DNA of 64,000 bases, from assembly GCA_964418185.1 (NCBI GenBank), contig CAYQKL010000008.1, positions 3,704-67,703 on the forward strand, read 5' to 3'. A program made the translations under genes and the position numbers. Below, piece by piece: positions 39,655 through 49,332 of this stretch (the stretch's first letter is position 1; every line of letters begins with the position of its first letter). Under the pieces are notes generated by a model that made no database searches, had not been told where the DNA came from, and saw only the letters and a program-made list of their open reading frames with translations. Source of the stretch: an uncultured bacterium (lineage in GTDB: Bacteria; Hydrothermota; Tepidihabitantia; SM23-42; JAOAFX01).

Positions 39655-40180
39655 TCTGTTCTTTTAGATAATCACTTACTGTCTTTTCTGGTATTTTTAC
39701 AAAAGGCTGCTCTAAAAGGCATGCGGTATTATAAAATTTCTCCATCTTGCCTTCGACGATTTTTTCTATTATTTCAGGTGGTTTTTTAAGGTCCTGAATT
39801 TGACTGCGATATATTTCTTTTTCTCGCTCAATGACATCGGCGGGTAATTCCTCGCGGCTTACAACCAGGGGTTCACTTGCGGCGATCTGAAGGGCAATAT
39901 CGCGTACAAATCTTCGGAAATCCTGATTGCGTGCAACAAAATCAGTTTCACAATTGACTTCAACGAGTACACCAAGACGATCACCGGGGTGGATATATGC
40001 ATCAATGATTCCTTCTTTGGTTATTCTACCAACTTTTTTTGCAGCAAGGGCAAGTCCTTTTTTTCGCAGTATATCAACAGCTTGTTCAATATCACCATTT
40101 GCCTGGGCAAGGGCCTCCTTGCAATCGACAATACCGGCACCAGTCCTTTCTCTCAATTCTCTGATTTTCTCCATATTCAT
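39593..40180 (-). CDS. tsf: elongation factor Ts
   Basis: N-terminal UBA-like IRELRERTGAGIVDCKEAL; short-form EF-Ts of 195 aa. Confidence 0.9.
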   Translation of the reverse strand: MNMEKIRELRERTGAGIVDCKEALAQANGDIEQAVDILRKKGLALAAKKVGRITKEGIIDAYIHPGDRLGVLVEVNCETDFVARNQDFRRFVRDIALQIAASEPLVVSREELPADVIEREKEIYRSQIQDLKKPPEIIEKIVEGKMEKFYNTACLLEQPFVKIPEKTVSDYLKEQIAKFGENIVIRRFIRFRLGE

Positions 40181-40887
40181 TGTGCCTCCTTTTCCTCGGT
40201 TTCAAATCCCTTTCTTCCTTCAAGGACTGCGTTTGAAATAATCTTTGTAACAAGGGAAATCGCCCTTATTGAATCATCGTTCCCCGGTATTGGATAGTCA
40301 ATGCCGGTTGGGTCAACATTTGTGTCCACAATCGCAATGATCGGAATATCCATTTTCCGTGCTTCGTTCACAGCTGTTGCATCTTTCACAATGTCAACAA
40401 CATAGATCATTCCCGGCAATCTATCCATATCCTTTATGCCCTCAAAATACTTTGATAATTTTATATACTCCCTTTCATACTTTGATAATTCTTTTTTGGG
40501 TAACATTGACCAGCGGCCATCTTCTTTCATCTGTTCAAGTTCTCGCAGCCGTTGAACCCTGGTGTACAGGGTGTTAAAATTCGTTAATAGACCACCCAGC
40601 CAACGGTCGGTAATAAAGAATGCGCCGGCGCGTAATGCTTCTTCTCTTATCACATCCCGGGCCTGCTTCTTAGTGCCAACATACAATACTCCTTTGCCCT
40701 GTTCAGCAATTCGCACAGTTGCGTCGTAAGCCTTTCTCAACGCCTCCTGGGTCTGGCGCAAATCTATGATATGTACCCCATTTTTCTTACCAAAGATATA
40801 TTTTCTCATCTTTGGGTTCCAGCGCTTGGTTCTGTGACCAAAATGAATGCCGGTATTGATCAAATCCTGTAGTGAAACTATCTCCAA
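40177..40887 (-). CDS. rpsB: 30S ribosomal protein S2
   Basis: The N-terminus GIHFGHRTKRWNPKM is S2-specific. Confidence 0.9.
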   Translation of the reverse strand: MEIVSLQDLINTGIHFGHRTKRWNPKMRKYIFGKKNGVHIIDLRQTQEALRKAYDATVRIAEQGKGVLYVGTKKQARDVIREEALRAGAFFITDRWLGGLLTNFNTLYTRVQRLRELEQMKEDGRWSMLPKKELSKYEREYIKLSKYFEGIKDMDRLPGMIYVVDIVKDATAVNEARKMDIPIIAIVDTNVDPTGIDYPIPGNDDSIRAISLVTKIISNAVLEGRKGFETEEKEAQ

Positions 40888-40904
40888 TTTACCTCCTTGT
40901 GTCT

Positions 40905-41288
40905 TTATCGCTTGGAGAACTGGAATCTCTTACGTCTTTTTGCCAGTCCATATTTCATTCGTTCTTTTTCTCTTGGATCTCTCTTTAGCAGTCCTGCACT
41001 CTTTAGGGTTGGTCTTAATTCAGGGTTAAAATTGACAAGTGCCCGGGCAATTCCGAGACTCACTGCACCGGCCTGTCCAGCAATTCCACCACCAAAAACT
41101 TTTGCATTGATGTCAAAAGTTCCCTTTACCCCGGCAGTAATCAAGGGAAGATTAATCAAATCAACGAGGTCCTGACGGCAGAAGTATTGAATTGGTTCTT
41201 TACCATTTATCTTTATACTGCCATTGCCCGGTTGCAATCTGATTTTTGCGACCGCCCTTTTGCGCGAACCATTGACAATTGTTCCCAT
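40905..41288 (-). CDS. rpsI: 30S ribosomal protein S9
   Basis: The C-terminus GLAKRRKRFQFSKR and the internal GGGIAGQAGA motif identify S9. Confidence 0.9.
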   Translation of the reverse strand: MGTIVNGSRKRAVAKIRLQPGNGSIKINGKEPIQYFCRQDLVDLINLPLITAGVKGTFDINAKVFGGGIAGQAGAVSLGIARALVNFNPELRPTLKSAGLLKRDPREKERMKYGLAKRRKRFQFSKR

Positions 41289-41301
41289 TAAATAACCTCC
41301 T

Positions 41302-41730
41302 CTATATCTGTATTTCCTTGGGTGATTGTGCCTTATGGGGATGCTCAGACCCCAGATATATTTTTAGCCTTTTGAGCCTTCGGCTGCGAAACTTATTCTT
41401 TGGTAGCATACCACTGACTGCGTGGTATATTACTCGCTTTGGACTTTTTTCCAGCATAAGTTTCAAATTGATCGCCTTTAAACCACCAGGATAAAAAGAA
41501 TGCCGATAATATATCTTATCTTCCATTTTTTTGCCAGTGACTTTAAACTTATCAGCATTCAACACCACGACAAAATCTCCACAGTCAACCTGGGGTGAAT
41601 ATTGTGGTTTACCTTTTCCAGTCAAAAGCCGTGCAATTCTTGTTGCCATTCTGCCCAGAGTTCTGCCCTGGGCATCAATCAAAAACCAGTTACGGCTTAT
41701 TTCAGATTTCTTCAAAACCTTTGTCTTCAT
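41302..41730 (-). CDS. rplM: 50S ribosomal protein L13
   Basis: Motif WFLIDAQGRTLGRMATRIA. The protein is 142 aa long. Confidence 0.9.
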   Translation of the reverse strand: MKTKVLKKSEISRNWFLIDAQGRTLGRMATRIARLLTGKGKPQYSPQVDCGDFVVVLNADKFKVTGKKMEDKIYYRHSFYPGGLKAINLKLMLEKSPKRVIYHAVSGMLPKNKFRSRRLKRLKIYLGSEHPHKAQSPKEIQI

Positions 41731-41773
41731 AGCCTATATTATACCAATATTCTGAAAAAAGTCAATACAGGAT

Positions 41774-42496
41774 TTAACTTTTAAGGATTTTGACGATTTC
41801 TGGTAAAATCTTTCCCGCTGGTGATAAAATACTGATATCAACCACCAATGAAATAGGAGTTTGTTCCAGATTTATTTCTATTGTTTTCGCACCATTATTT
41901 TTGGCGATTTCAGGTATTGCTGCCGCAGGCCAGACAACTCCGGATGTTCCGCAGATTATCGCTACATCTACGGAATTCAGAAATCTCATTGAATCTTCCC
42001 ATACATTCAGAGGAATTGTCTCACCGAACCAAACTACATCCGGTCTTAAAAGACCACCACACGGACAATGCGGAAGTGTTTTTGGTTCTGCGTCTTTAAT
42101 CTTGCCGATTCTACCACACTCCAGACAACGGGTTCTAAATATGTTGCCATGTAGTTCTAAAATATTTTTTAGACCGGCCTGCTGATGGAGGTTATCTACA
42201 TTCTGGGTCAGAAGTAGAAATTCATCAAATAGATTTTCTAAATCGACAAGTGCATAATGTGCTGGATTTGGCTTTGCCTTAGAGATAATATCCTGGCGCC
42301 AGCGATACCATTCCCAGACCAATTCTGGATTTCGGTTGAATGCCTCAGGAGTGGCAAGATCAGTTGCAGAATAATTTTTCCACAAGCCATCCTTACCCCT
42401 AAATGTCGGGATGCCACTCTCTGCTGAGATGCCCGCACCGGTAAGGACGAATAATTTTTTTGCATTCTTTAGAATCCTTGCTACCTCCTCAATCAT
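41774..42496 (-). CDS. NAD-dependent protein deacetylase of the Sir2 family
   Basis: The NAD-binding motifs GAGISAESGIPTFRG are present, together with a zinc ribbon (CLECG...CPCGG). Confidence 0.8.
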   Translation of the reverse strand: MIEEVARILKNAKKLFVLTGAGISAESGIPTFRGKDGLWKNYSATDLATPEAFNRNPELVWEWYRWRQDIISKAKPNPAHYALVDLENLFDEFLLLTQNVDNLHQQAGLKNILELHGNIFRTRCLECGRIGKIKDAEPKTLPHCPCGGLLRPDVVWFGETIPLNVWEDSMRFLNSVDVAIICGTSGVVWPAAAIPEIAKNNGAKTIEINLEQTPISLVVDISILSPAGKILPEIVKILKS

Positions 42497-42502
42497 CACT
42501 TA

Positions 42503-42531
42503 ATTATAATCAAAGAGATTATCATTATCAA
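42503..42531 (-). promoter_or_regulatory. Promoter TTGATA-N17-TATAAT, 6 nt upstream of the Sir2 ATG
   Basis: On the minus strand the -35 element is at 42526-42531 and the -10 element at 42503-42508. The ATG lies at 42496. Confidence 0.5.
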
Positions 42532-42547
42532 GACATTAATGAATAGG

Positions 42548-42575
42548 TTGACAATGCCATCTAGCCAGTTATAAT
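42548..42575 (+). promoter_or_regulatory. Consensus promoter TTGACA-N16-TATAAT, 6 nt upstream of the polX ATG
   Basis: The -35 element is at 42548-42553 and the -10 element at 42570-42575. The ATG at 42582 predicts a leaderless transcript. Confidence 0.6.
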
Positions 42576-42581
42576 TTAGCA

Positions 42582-44294
42582 ATGAAAAAGAACCGCGAGA
42601 TTGCTGATATATTTAATCAAATTGCCGATGCCCTTGAATACAAAGGGGAGAATGTATTTCGAGTTGTCGCATACCGCAAGGCCGCGAGAATCCTTGAGGA
42701 ATTGACTGAAGATGTTGAAGAACTCGTCAATGCTGATAAATTGAAAGACTTGCCGGGTATTGGCGAGGGAATGGCAAAAAAGATTGAGGAATATTTGAGG
42801 ACTGGAAAGATGCAAAAGTATATTGAAGCAACGAAAGGTATCCCGCCATCACTCCTTGAACTACTTAATATCCAGAATCTTGGTCCAAAAACTCTATCCC
42901 TGGCAAACAAACATCTTGGTGTGAGAAATTTACAGGATTTGAAAAAAACCATTGAAGATGGCACTCTTGCGAAACTTCCGCAAATGGGAGAAAAGAAAGT
43001 AGAAAACATCAAAAAGGGTATTGAGTTATATGAGCGGAGTCATGAGCGGCTCTCAATTGCCGTTGCCGAGACAATCGCTTCAAGCGTGATTGAATATTTG
43101 AAAAACAATGTATCTCTCTTCCAGATTTCTGCGGCTGGTTCTTTGCGAAGATGGAGAGAAACCATTGGTGATATTGATATTCTTGTCACGGGCAAAGACC
43201 ATAAGAAGATTGTGGATGTTTTTACCCATTATCCTGATGTTGAAGAAATAATTTCTGCAGGTGAAACAAAGAGTTCAATTCTGGTGAAGGGTGGGATTCA
43301 AGTAGATATTAGAATTGTTAAGAAAAAATCATTCGGCGCCGCACTCCAGTATTTTACTGGCTCAAAGGCACACAATGTAAAACTGCGTAGCATTGCAGTG
43401 GATAGAAAATGGAAATTGAATGAATATGGTCTATTCAAGGGTGAAGAGGTAATCGCTGGAGAAAAGGAAGAGGATATTTATGAAGCCCTTGGTCTTCAAT
43501 GGATTCCCCCAGAATTAAGAGAAGACCGGGGCGAAGTTGAACTTGCCCTTGAGAAAAAAATCCCGAGACTTGTGGAGTTATCTGATATCAAAGGCGACCT
43601 GCAGATGCACTCAAATTACTCTGATTCATCAGCCACCATTGAAGAACTGGCCTTGACTGCTCAGCAAATAGGATACGAATATATTCTTATCACTGACCAT
43701 TCGCGTTCTGCCCGATATGCACACGGTTTAGAAATTGAAAGGTTATACAGACAATGGGAAGAGATTGACCGTTTGAACAAGAAAATCAAAGATTTCAGAA
43801 TTTTGAAAGGTATTGAAGTTGATATCCTGACAAATGGTGAGCTTGACTATCCGGATAAAATCCTCAAGGAGTTTGAAATGATTGTTGCCTCTATTCATCA
43901 GGGGTTTACAAAAAATGTTACTGAACGGATATGTTCAGCAATGGAAAATCCATATGTGGACATAATTGGTCATCCTACCGGTAGACTCATTTCCAAGCGC
44001 GAGGGATATGCCATTGATATTGAAAAAGTTATGAAAAAAGCCGCAGAGACAAGAACCTGTTTAGAATGTAATGCCTATCCAGATCGGCTTGACTTGAATG
44101 ATATAAATCTAAAACGATGTAAGGAACTTGGGGTAAGAATAAGTATTGGTACCGATGCACATAGTGTGGATGAACTTAGATGGATAAAATTCGGAGTTGC
44201 AACCTGTAGAAGGGGTTGGCTTGAAAAAGATAATATTTTAAACACTTATTCGTTGAAAAAACTATTGAGTGTAAGAAAGATTAATCAGAGATAG
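42582..44294 (+). CDS. polX: DNA polymerase X family protein with a C-terminal PHP (phosphoesterase) domain
   Basis: An N-terminal HhH/pol-beta-like region (KAARILEEL...GIGEGMAKKIEEYL) is followed by a nucleotidyltransferase GS..RR...GDIDIL motif. The PHP His motifs are HSNYSDS and ITDH. Confidence 0.85.
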   Translation: MKKNREIADIFNQIADALEYKGENVFRVVAYRKAARILEELTEDVEELVNADKLKDLPGIGEGMAKKIEEYLRTGKMQKYIEATKGIPPSLLELLNIQNLGPKTLSLANKHLGVRNLQDLKKTIEDGTLAKLPQMGEKKVENIKKGIELYERSHERLSIAVAETIASSVIEYLKNNVSLFQISAAGSLRRWRETIGDIDILVTGKDHKKIVDVFTHYPDVEEIISAGETKSSILVKGGIQVDIRIVKKKSFGAALQYFTGSKAHNVKLRSIAVDRKWKLNEYGLFKGEEVIAGEKEEDIYEALGLQWIPPELREDRGEVELALEKKIPRLVELSDIKGDLQMHSNYSDSSATIEELALTAQQIGYEYILITDHSRSARYAHGLEIERLYRQWEEIDRLNKKIKDFRILKGIEVDILTNGELDYPDKILKEFEMIVASIHQGFTKNVTERICSAMENPYVDIIGHPTGRLISKREGYAIDIEKVMKKAAETRTCLECNAYPDRLDLNDINLKRCKELGVRISIGTDAHSVDELRWIKFGVATCRRGWLEKDNILNTYSLKKLLSVRKINQR

Positions 44295-45054
44295 ATTCCC
44301 AAAATTTTCAAAAATTCCAGAATCTGTCTCTGTAGTATCACAACAATTGCGCCACCCATACTTAAAAATGGCCCAAACGGAATAGGGTTGTCACGACTTT
44401 TTTTAGTTGTACTTAAATAAATTATCCCGCAGATTGAACCTATTACTGCGGCAATAAATATTGTGGGAATGATTACTGGAAAACCCACAAAGGCACCAAT
44501 CAGGGCAACAAGATAGACATCTCCCATTCCCATCACTTCTTTTTTGTATGCCCAGCCACCGAGAACCCTTATAATAAGAATTAGTCCTCCACCAAAAAGC
44601 ATGCCAACCAATCCAATCAGAAAAGTATGATTCAAAAAGTGGTAGAACAACCCAATAATAATTCCCGGAATTGAGATAATATCAGGAATCAACTGATGGG
44701 TAAAATCTATGCCTGAGATTGCGATTAACATAATAAAAAATAATGCATAAAAGAAAAAATCTGTCCGAAGAGAAAATCTATTGAATGTCCATAACAGAAA
44801 AAGTCCAGTCAACAATTCAACAAGTGGATACTGGAAAGAGATTGGATTCTTACATTTACTGCATCTGCCTTTCAATAAGATATAACTAACGATGGGAATA
44901 TTTTCATACCACGGTATAGGTTTAGTGCAGTGCGGGCAGAAAGAACGCGGAGTTACAATAGAAATGCTACGGGGAAGGCGATAGATAAGAACATTTAGAA
45001 AACTGCCTATTGCAGTACCGAAAACGAAAACTACAATAGAGTAGAAAATTTTCA
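44285..45054 (-). CDS. type IV prepilin peptidase (A24 family)
   Basis: The N-terminus GSFLNVLIYRLP is followed by a CxxC...CxxC zinc motif (CPHC...CSKC) and the DxxxxxIPD-like IPDIISIPGI motif. The start is probably a TTG near 45054, because the upstream ORF ends at 45057. Confidence 0.7.
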
Positions 45055-45056
45055 AT

Positions 45057-45479
45057 CTAATTGTCCTTTTCCTTAAGGTTATAATAGACAGCGAATGAAT
45101 CAAGACATTTGCAGATTGACTCCATACTTTCTTTGATAATTGCAAAAACCTCCTGCGTATTGCTTTGCATAACCTTCGGGATAACTAAAACTGCCTTTTT
45201 TACCCCAGGAACAAGATTTAAGGCTATAACGTCATGTTCTGCAAGGCTGATAAATACATCTGCCTTATTCAGGGGTGTCCGGTAGTCGTTCTCTACAAGG
45301 ATTTGATTGCCAATGTCAACAAGGGTTTTGGTTAATCCATAGAAGAGGTATTTCACCTTTTCACCTAACTTTAACTGGTCTTCAGGACTATATTTATCAA
45401 TTCTACTTAAGGCTGTTTTAATCTCTTCAATATTCTTGAGCATAGTGTTATATATATCTTTAAAACCTGAAGCATCCAT
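45057..45479 (-). CDS. hypothetical protein, possibly a degenerate HepT/DUF86-like fold
   Basis: The C-terminal part ...DVFISLAEHDVIALNLVPGVKKAVLV... resembles DUF86, but the RNxxxHxY catalytic motif is absent (the corresponding positions read IPKVMQSN). No partner nucleotidyltransferase gene is present. Confidence 0.25.
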   Translation of the reverse strand: MDASGFKDIYNTMLKNIEEIKTALSRIDKYSPEDQLKLGEKVKYLFYGLTKTLVDIGNQILVENDYRTPLNKADVFISLAEHDVIALNLVPGVKKAVLVIPKVMQSNTQEVFAIIKESMESICKCLDSFAVYYNLKEKDN

Positions 45480-45519
45480 AGGTTATTATATGTATATTGT
45501 TTTTTTTGTCAACAGAAAA

Positions 45520-46152
45520 TTATTCTTGTTTTGCTTCAATGAGTCTTTTGCACGACATACACCTGCCGCACATTTTTTTGCCACCCAGATAGCAGGAATA
45601 GATATGTTGAAGGGGTGCATTTATCTCTAATCCAATTTGGTAAATTTCTCTTTTTGTATAGTTTGCTACGAAACTTTTTACTCTAATTGTTTTCAAGGTA
45701 CTAAGTACGAGGGTTTTATTTATTACTTCAACAAATTCTTTTGTATTGTCGGGAAATTCCTGTGCCTCTTCACGGTTAAATCCGGTAATTATCCAATCTA
45801 CGTTGTAGTATTCAGCAAAACAGGCGGCGAGATTGATAAACAAACTATTGCGATTGGGAACCCAGATATTTTTGATATTATCCTCCCAATCCTTACCTTT
45901 TTTTAGGAGGGGAGATGGAATGGATATAAGTGCACACTTTTTGAATTCTTTAAAAAATGGCAGTTTGATTATCCTGTGTTTGATTTTCAATGCCCTGCAA
46001 ATCCTCTTTGATGCAAGAATCTCCATTTTCGCTGCACGTTGTCCATAATCGATGGTCAGGGCAAAAAGTGGTCGGGTCTTTCTTACTGCAATCGTTGCAC
46101 TGACTGTTGAATCCAGCCCACCGGAGAGAAGAATTATGCTCTTGGGTTTCAC
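45520..46152 (-). CDS. queC: 7-cyano-7-deazaguanine synthase
   Basis: The PP-loop is LSGGLDS. The C-terminal zinc motif is C-x8-C-x2-C-x2-C (CYLGGKKMCGRCMSC). Confidence 0.8.
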   Translation of the reverse strand: MKPKSIILLSGGLDSTVSATIAVRKTRPLFALTIDYGQRAAKMEILASKRICRALKIKHRIIKLPFFKEFKKCALISIPSPLLKKGKDWEDNIKNIWVPNRNSLFINLAACFAEYYNVDWIITGFNREEAQEFPDNTKEFVEVINKTLVLSTLKTIRVKSFVANYTKREIYQIGLEINAPLQHIYSCYLGGKKMCGRCMSCKRLIEAKQE

Positions 46153-46322
46153 TATTGTATTATATGCGCTACTAACGGATTGTCAACCATTCATTTAGGC
46201 TGGGAAATGTACTCGAAGCAGTATTGGTTCTCTTTTTCTGCCGAACCGTGTGGCAGAGATGGGGTCATTGCGATGATGTTTAGAATACAAAGTTTTACTC
46301 TAATCTCTTTCACTTGGGAAAC

Positions 46323-46350
46323 TTGACAATTTGAATACCACTGATATAAT
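46323..46350 (+). promoter_or_regulatory. Consensus promoter TTGACA-N16-TATAAT, 6 nt upstream of the GTG start of the decayed GGDEF paralog
   Basis: The -35 element is at 46323-46328 and the -10 element at 46345-46350. The GTG start lies at 46357. Confidence 0.55.
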
Positions 46351-46356
46351 AGCCCC

Positions 46357-49097
46357 GTGGAAAATATAGGAAAAGAGTATATAGACGATTTAACCGGTCT
46401 ATACAATCGTCGTTATTTGCAAGAAGAAGTATCAAGACAGTTAGAATTATTCCAGAATTATAATCTTTATCTTTCGGTTCTGATAATTGATATAGACCAT
46501 TTTAAGAATATAAATGATACTTATGGTCATACCAGGGGGGATACAGTCCTAAAGGAATTTGGAGAATTTCTTAGAAATTCATCAAAGAAGAGTGATATAT
46601 TATTTCGTTATGGTGGGGATGAATTTATCTGTCTTTCAACCAATACGAATTATGAGCAGGCAAAGCGATTTGCCCAACGTTTTCTTGAAAATGTCCGGCA
46701 TCGTGATTTTGCCCGAATCCGTTTGACGCTCAGCATCGGTATTGCAACCTTTCCTGATTTTGGCAAAGACTGAAAGACTCTATTTGATGTTGCGGACCGA
46801 AGTTTGTATAATGCGAAACGGCGGGGCCGTAACCAGATTGGCACCATTGAATATATTAAAAGAAAATTAGTTATCCCAACCGCAAGGATAGTCGGCAGAG
46901 ATAATGAAATTTCTCTGATGTAAAATTTCATCAATTCTTTGTGTGCTAACAATGGTGTAGTATTGTTTATTGGAGGTGAATCAGGAATTGGTAAGACAAG
47001 ACTTGTTGAGGAGATCCTTAATGAGCCCAATTATCAGAATTTCTGTAAGTTTGCGAGTAACTTATCAACTGCGACAAGTTCTATTCCTTATTATCCTTTC
47101 AGAGAGATTATTGCTTCAATGATTGAGAAAGAGGACAAATCTTTTATTAATGACATTCCACCTGCTTATCAAAAAGAGATTGCAAAAATAGTGCCTGAAG
47201 CATTTGAGGGGTTAGAATCAGAAAAGGATATTTATAATCCGGATAAATTTCGTTTATTTGAGGGGTTGCGGAGGTTTTTTGCATTATACAGCCTGAATAA
47301 TCCTTCATTTCTATTTATTGATAATATCCACTGGGCAGATGACAGTTCGTTGGAACTTCTGCAGTATTTATGCAGGACCTTGAAGGATAGACCTATCTTT
47401 TTCTTTTTATTTTACCGGAGCGATGAAGCAAAGAAAAATTCTGCATTTCAGGGTTTGCTGCAATTAATGGCTCGTGAGGGTCTTTACAAGATCATAATGC
47501 TCAAATCATTGGATTTTGGGATGGTTGATCAACTAATTAGTTTTATCCTGGATGCAAAACCACCACCTGGTCTTACTGATTTCGTTTATAAGGCAACCGG
47601 TGGTAATCCTTTTTTTGTTGAGGAACTGGTTAAATCCCTGGCGAATAATAATCTTCTTTATGTGGACCGGGAACAATGGATATTTGATAATACTAAAAGA
47701 ATCCCTATTCCTTATTCGGTCTCGGCAGTGCTTGAGAGAAAATTGGGAATGCTGAAGGAAGATTCAATAAAGGTTCTGGAAAAGGCAGCAGTCATTGGCA
47801 GGAATTTTGATTTTAATTTTCTAAAGTGTGTATCAGAAATGAATGAAGGTCAACTATATGATTCCCTTGATGAGATAATAGATTCTGGATTTTTGATAAA
47901 GCGCGGCGAGATTTATTACTTTTCTGAAGATATAATAAGAGATTTAATTTATAATAAGATTGGAGAGATAAAATTAAAACACTGTCATCAAATTATCGGA
48001 GATTATTTTCTAAAATCATATGGAGATAAAATTGAGGAAGTGGCTTAAGAATTGGCATACCATTTCTATTTGAGTGGGGATAGGGATAAGACAGTAGAAT
48101 ATGGTATGCTGGCTGGAGATAAATCAAGGGATGCTTATGCAAACCAAAACGCAATTAGATTTTATAACTGGGTACTTGAATATTTAAAAGAAGAAAATAG
48201 AGAAAAACAGAAAAAGAGAATTGAGTGCTTAAGAAAAAAAGCAGAGGTATTCAGTCTGGTTGGTGAAAACGAATCAGCCCTCGAGGATTTAAAAGAGGCA
48301 ATAGAGATATCAGAGAAAATAGCGGACAGAAAATCAGAGGCTGATTGTCTTGTTGCTCTTTCTATTGTTTATAAAGGCATTGCTCGATATGAAGATGCAA
48401 TGGACAGGATTCTTAAGGCGCTAAAAATTTCCGAAGATTTAGATGATAAAAATGGTAAGATGATTGGTTACACAGAGCTGGGAAGTATCCACTGGCTTTG
48501 GGGAAATATTCAGAAACATTTCAATATTGTCAGAATGCACTTGAGATTGCAAAGGAAATTGGTGATCGAAAAACAGAAAGCAGAATTCTTATTACCATCG
48601 GCAACACTTTTGCTACATACGGTGATCTCATTAAGGCTATAAGATATTACGATGAAGTATTGAAGATTGCAAAAGAGGTTTCTGACCTTATGTTTGCCCT
48701 TGTTTTTATGGCTTCGCTTTCACTGCAAAAGAACAGATTGAGTGATTCGGAAGATTATTTAAATCAGGCATTAACCCGGGCAAATGAATTGAATTCAGAT
48801 GATGCTGTGGCTGAGATTATGTACCTCTTTGGTATTTTCTGGATAAAGAAGAAGGATTGGGATAAGGCAAAGGAATCTTTTGAGAAGGCGGTATCAACTT
48901 TTGAGGAGATTAAAGACTTGTATGCTTCTGGTAAAGCTTATTACTATTTCGGTTTGATGTTCACAGAGATGGATGATGAGGTCAATTCAAGGGTGCATTT
49001 AAAAAAGGCGAGGGATAATTTTGAAAAGATCGGCGCCAGGTGGTGGTTTGAAAAGGCTGTAAGATTAGCAAATTTGCCTGAAGCCGATCATAATTAG
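46357..49097 (+). pseudogene. decayed paralog of the GGDEF + STAND ATPase + TPR gene, with three in-frame stops and one frameshift
   Basis: One reading frame carries GGDEF (…FRYGGDEF…) then the GGDEF C-terminus (DVADRSLYNAKRRGRNQIG) then the P-loop (GGESGIGKTRLVEE) then TPR repeats. It is interrupted by TGA at 46771, TAA at 46921 and TAA at 48046. A 1-nt frameshift lies near 48497-48504 (tttgggga). The I-site arginine is lost (KKSD). Confidence 0.75.
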
Positions 49098-49283
49098 GAT
49101 TAGCAGAACTCGGTCTGCAACAATTCAGGGTAAGACAGGTCTTGCCATTCTTCTATTTTTGCAGGATACACGATTCAAGATATAAAATAAAGCATTTAAA
49201 ATTGAACATTCCAAAAAAACTTATGTCTTAACTCTAATATTTCTATTAAATCCTTGGTGGTGATAAAATAAAATTGAGATGTC

Positions 49284-49311
49284 ATTTTGGGTATTGACAA
49301 TTTTTTTATTT
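49284..49311 (+). promoter_or_regulatory. Consensus promoter TTGACA-N16-TATAAT for the complex-I-like hydrogenase operon
   Basis: The -35 element is at 49284-49289 and the -10 element at 49306-49311. The ATG at 49333 lies 21 nt downstream, with no SD element. Confidence 0.6.
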
Positions 49312-49332
49312 TGGATATAATGGACAATCTTT

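Noticed and set aside
46771-46773. In-frame TGA in the GGDEF paralog as a recoded codon (Sec or Gly) rather than a stop
   Set aside because: The same gene also has two in-frame TAA codons and a frameshift, and TGA terminates the NuoN-like gene at 50761-50763. So pseudogenisation is the economical explanation.
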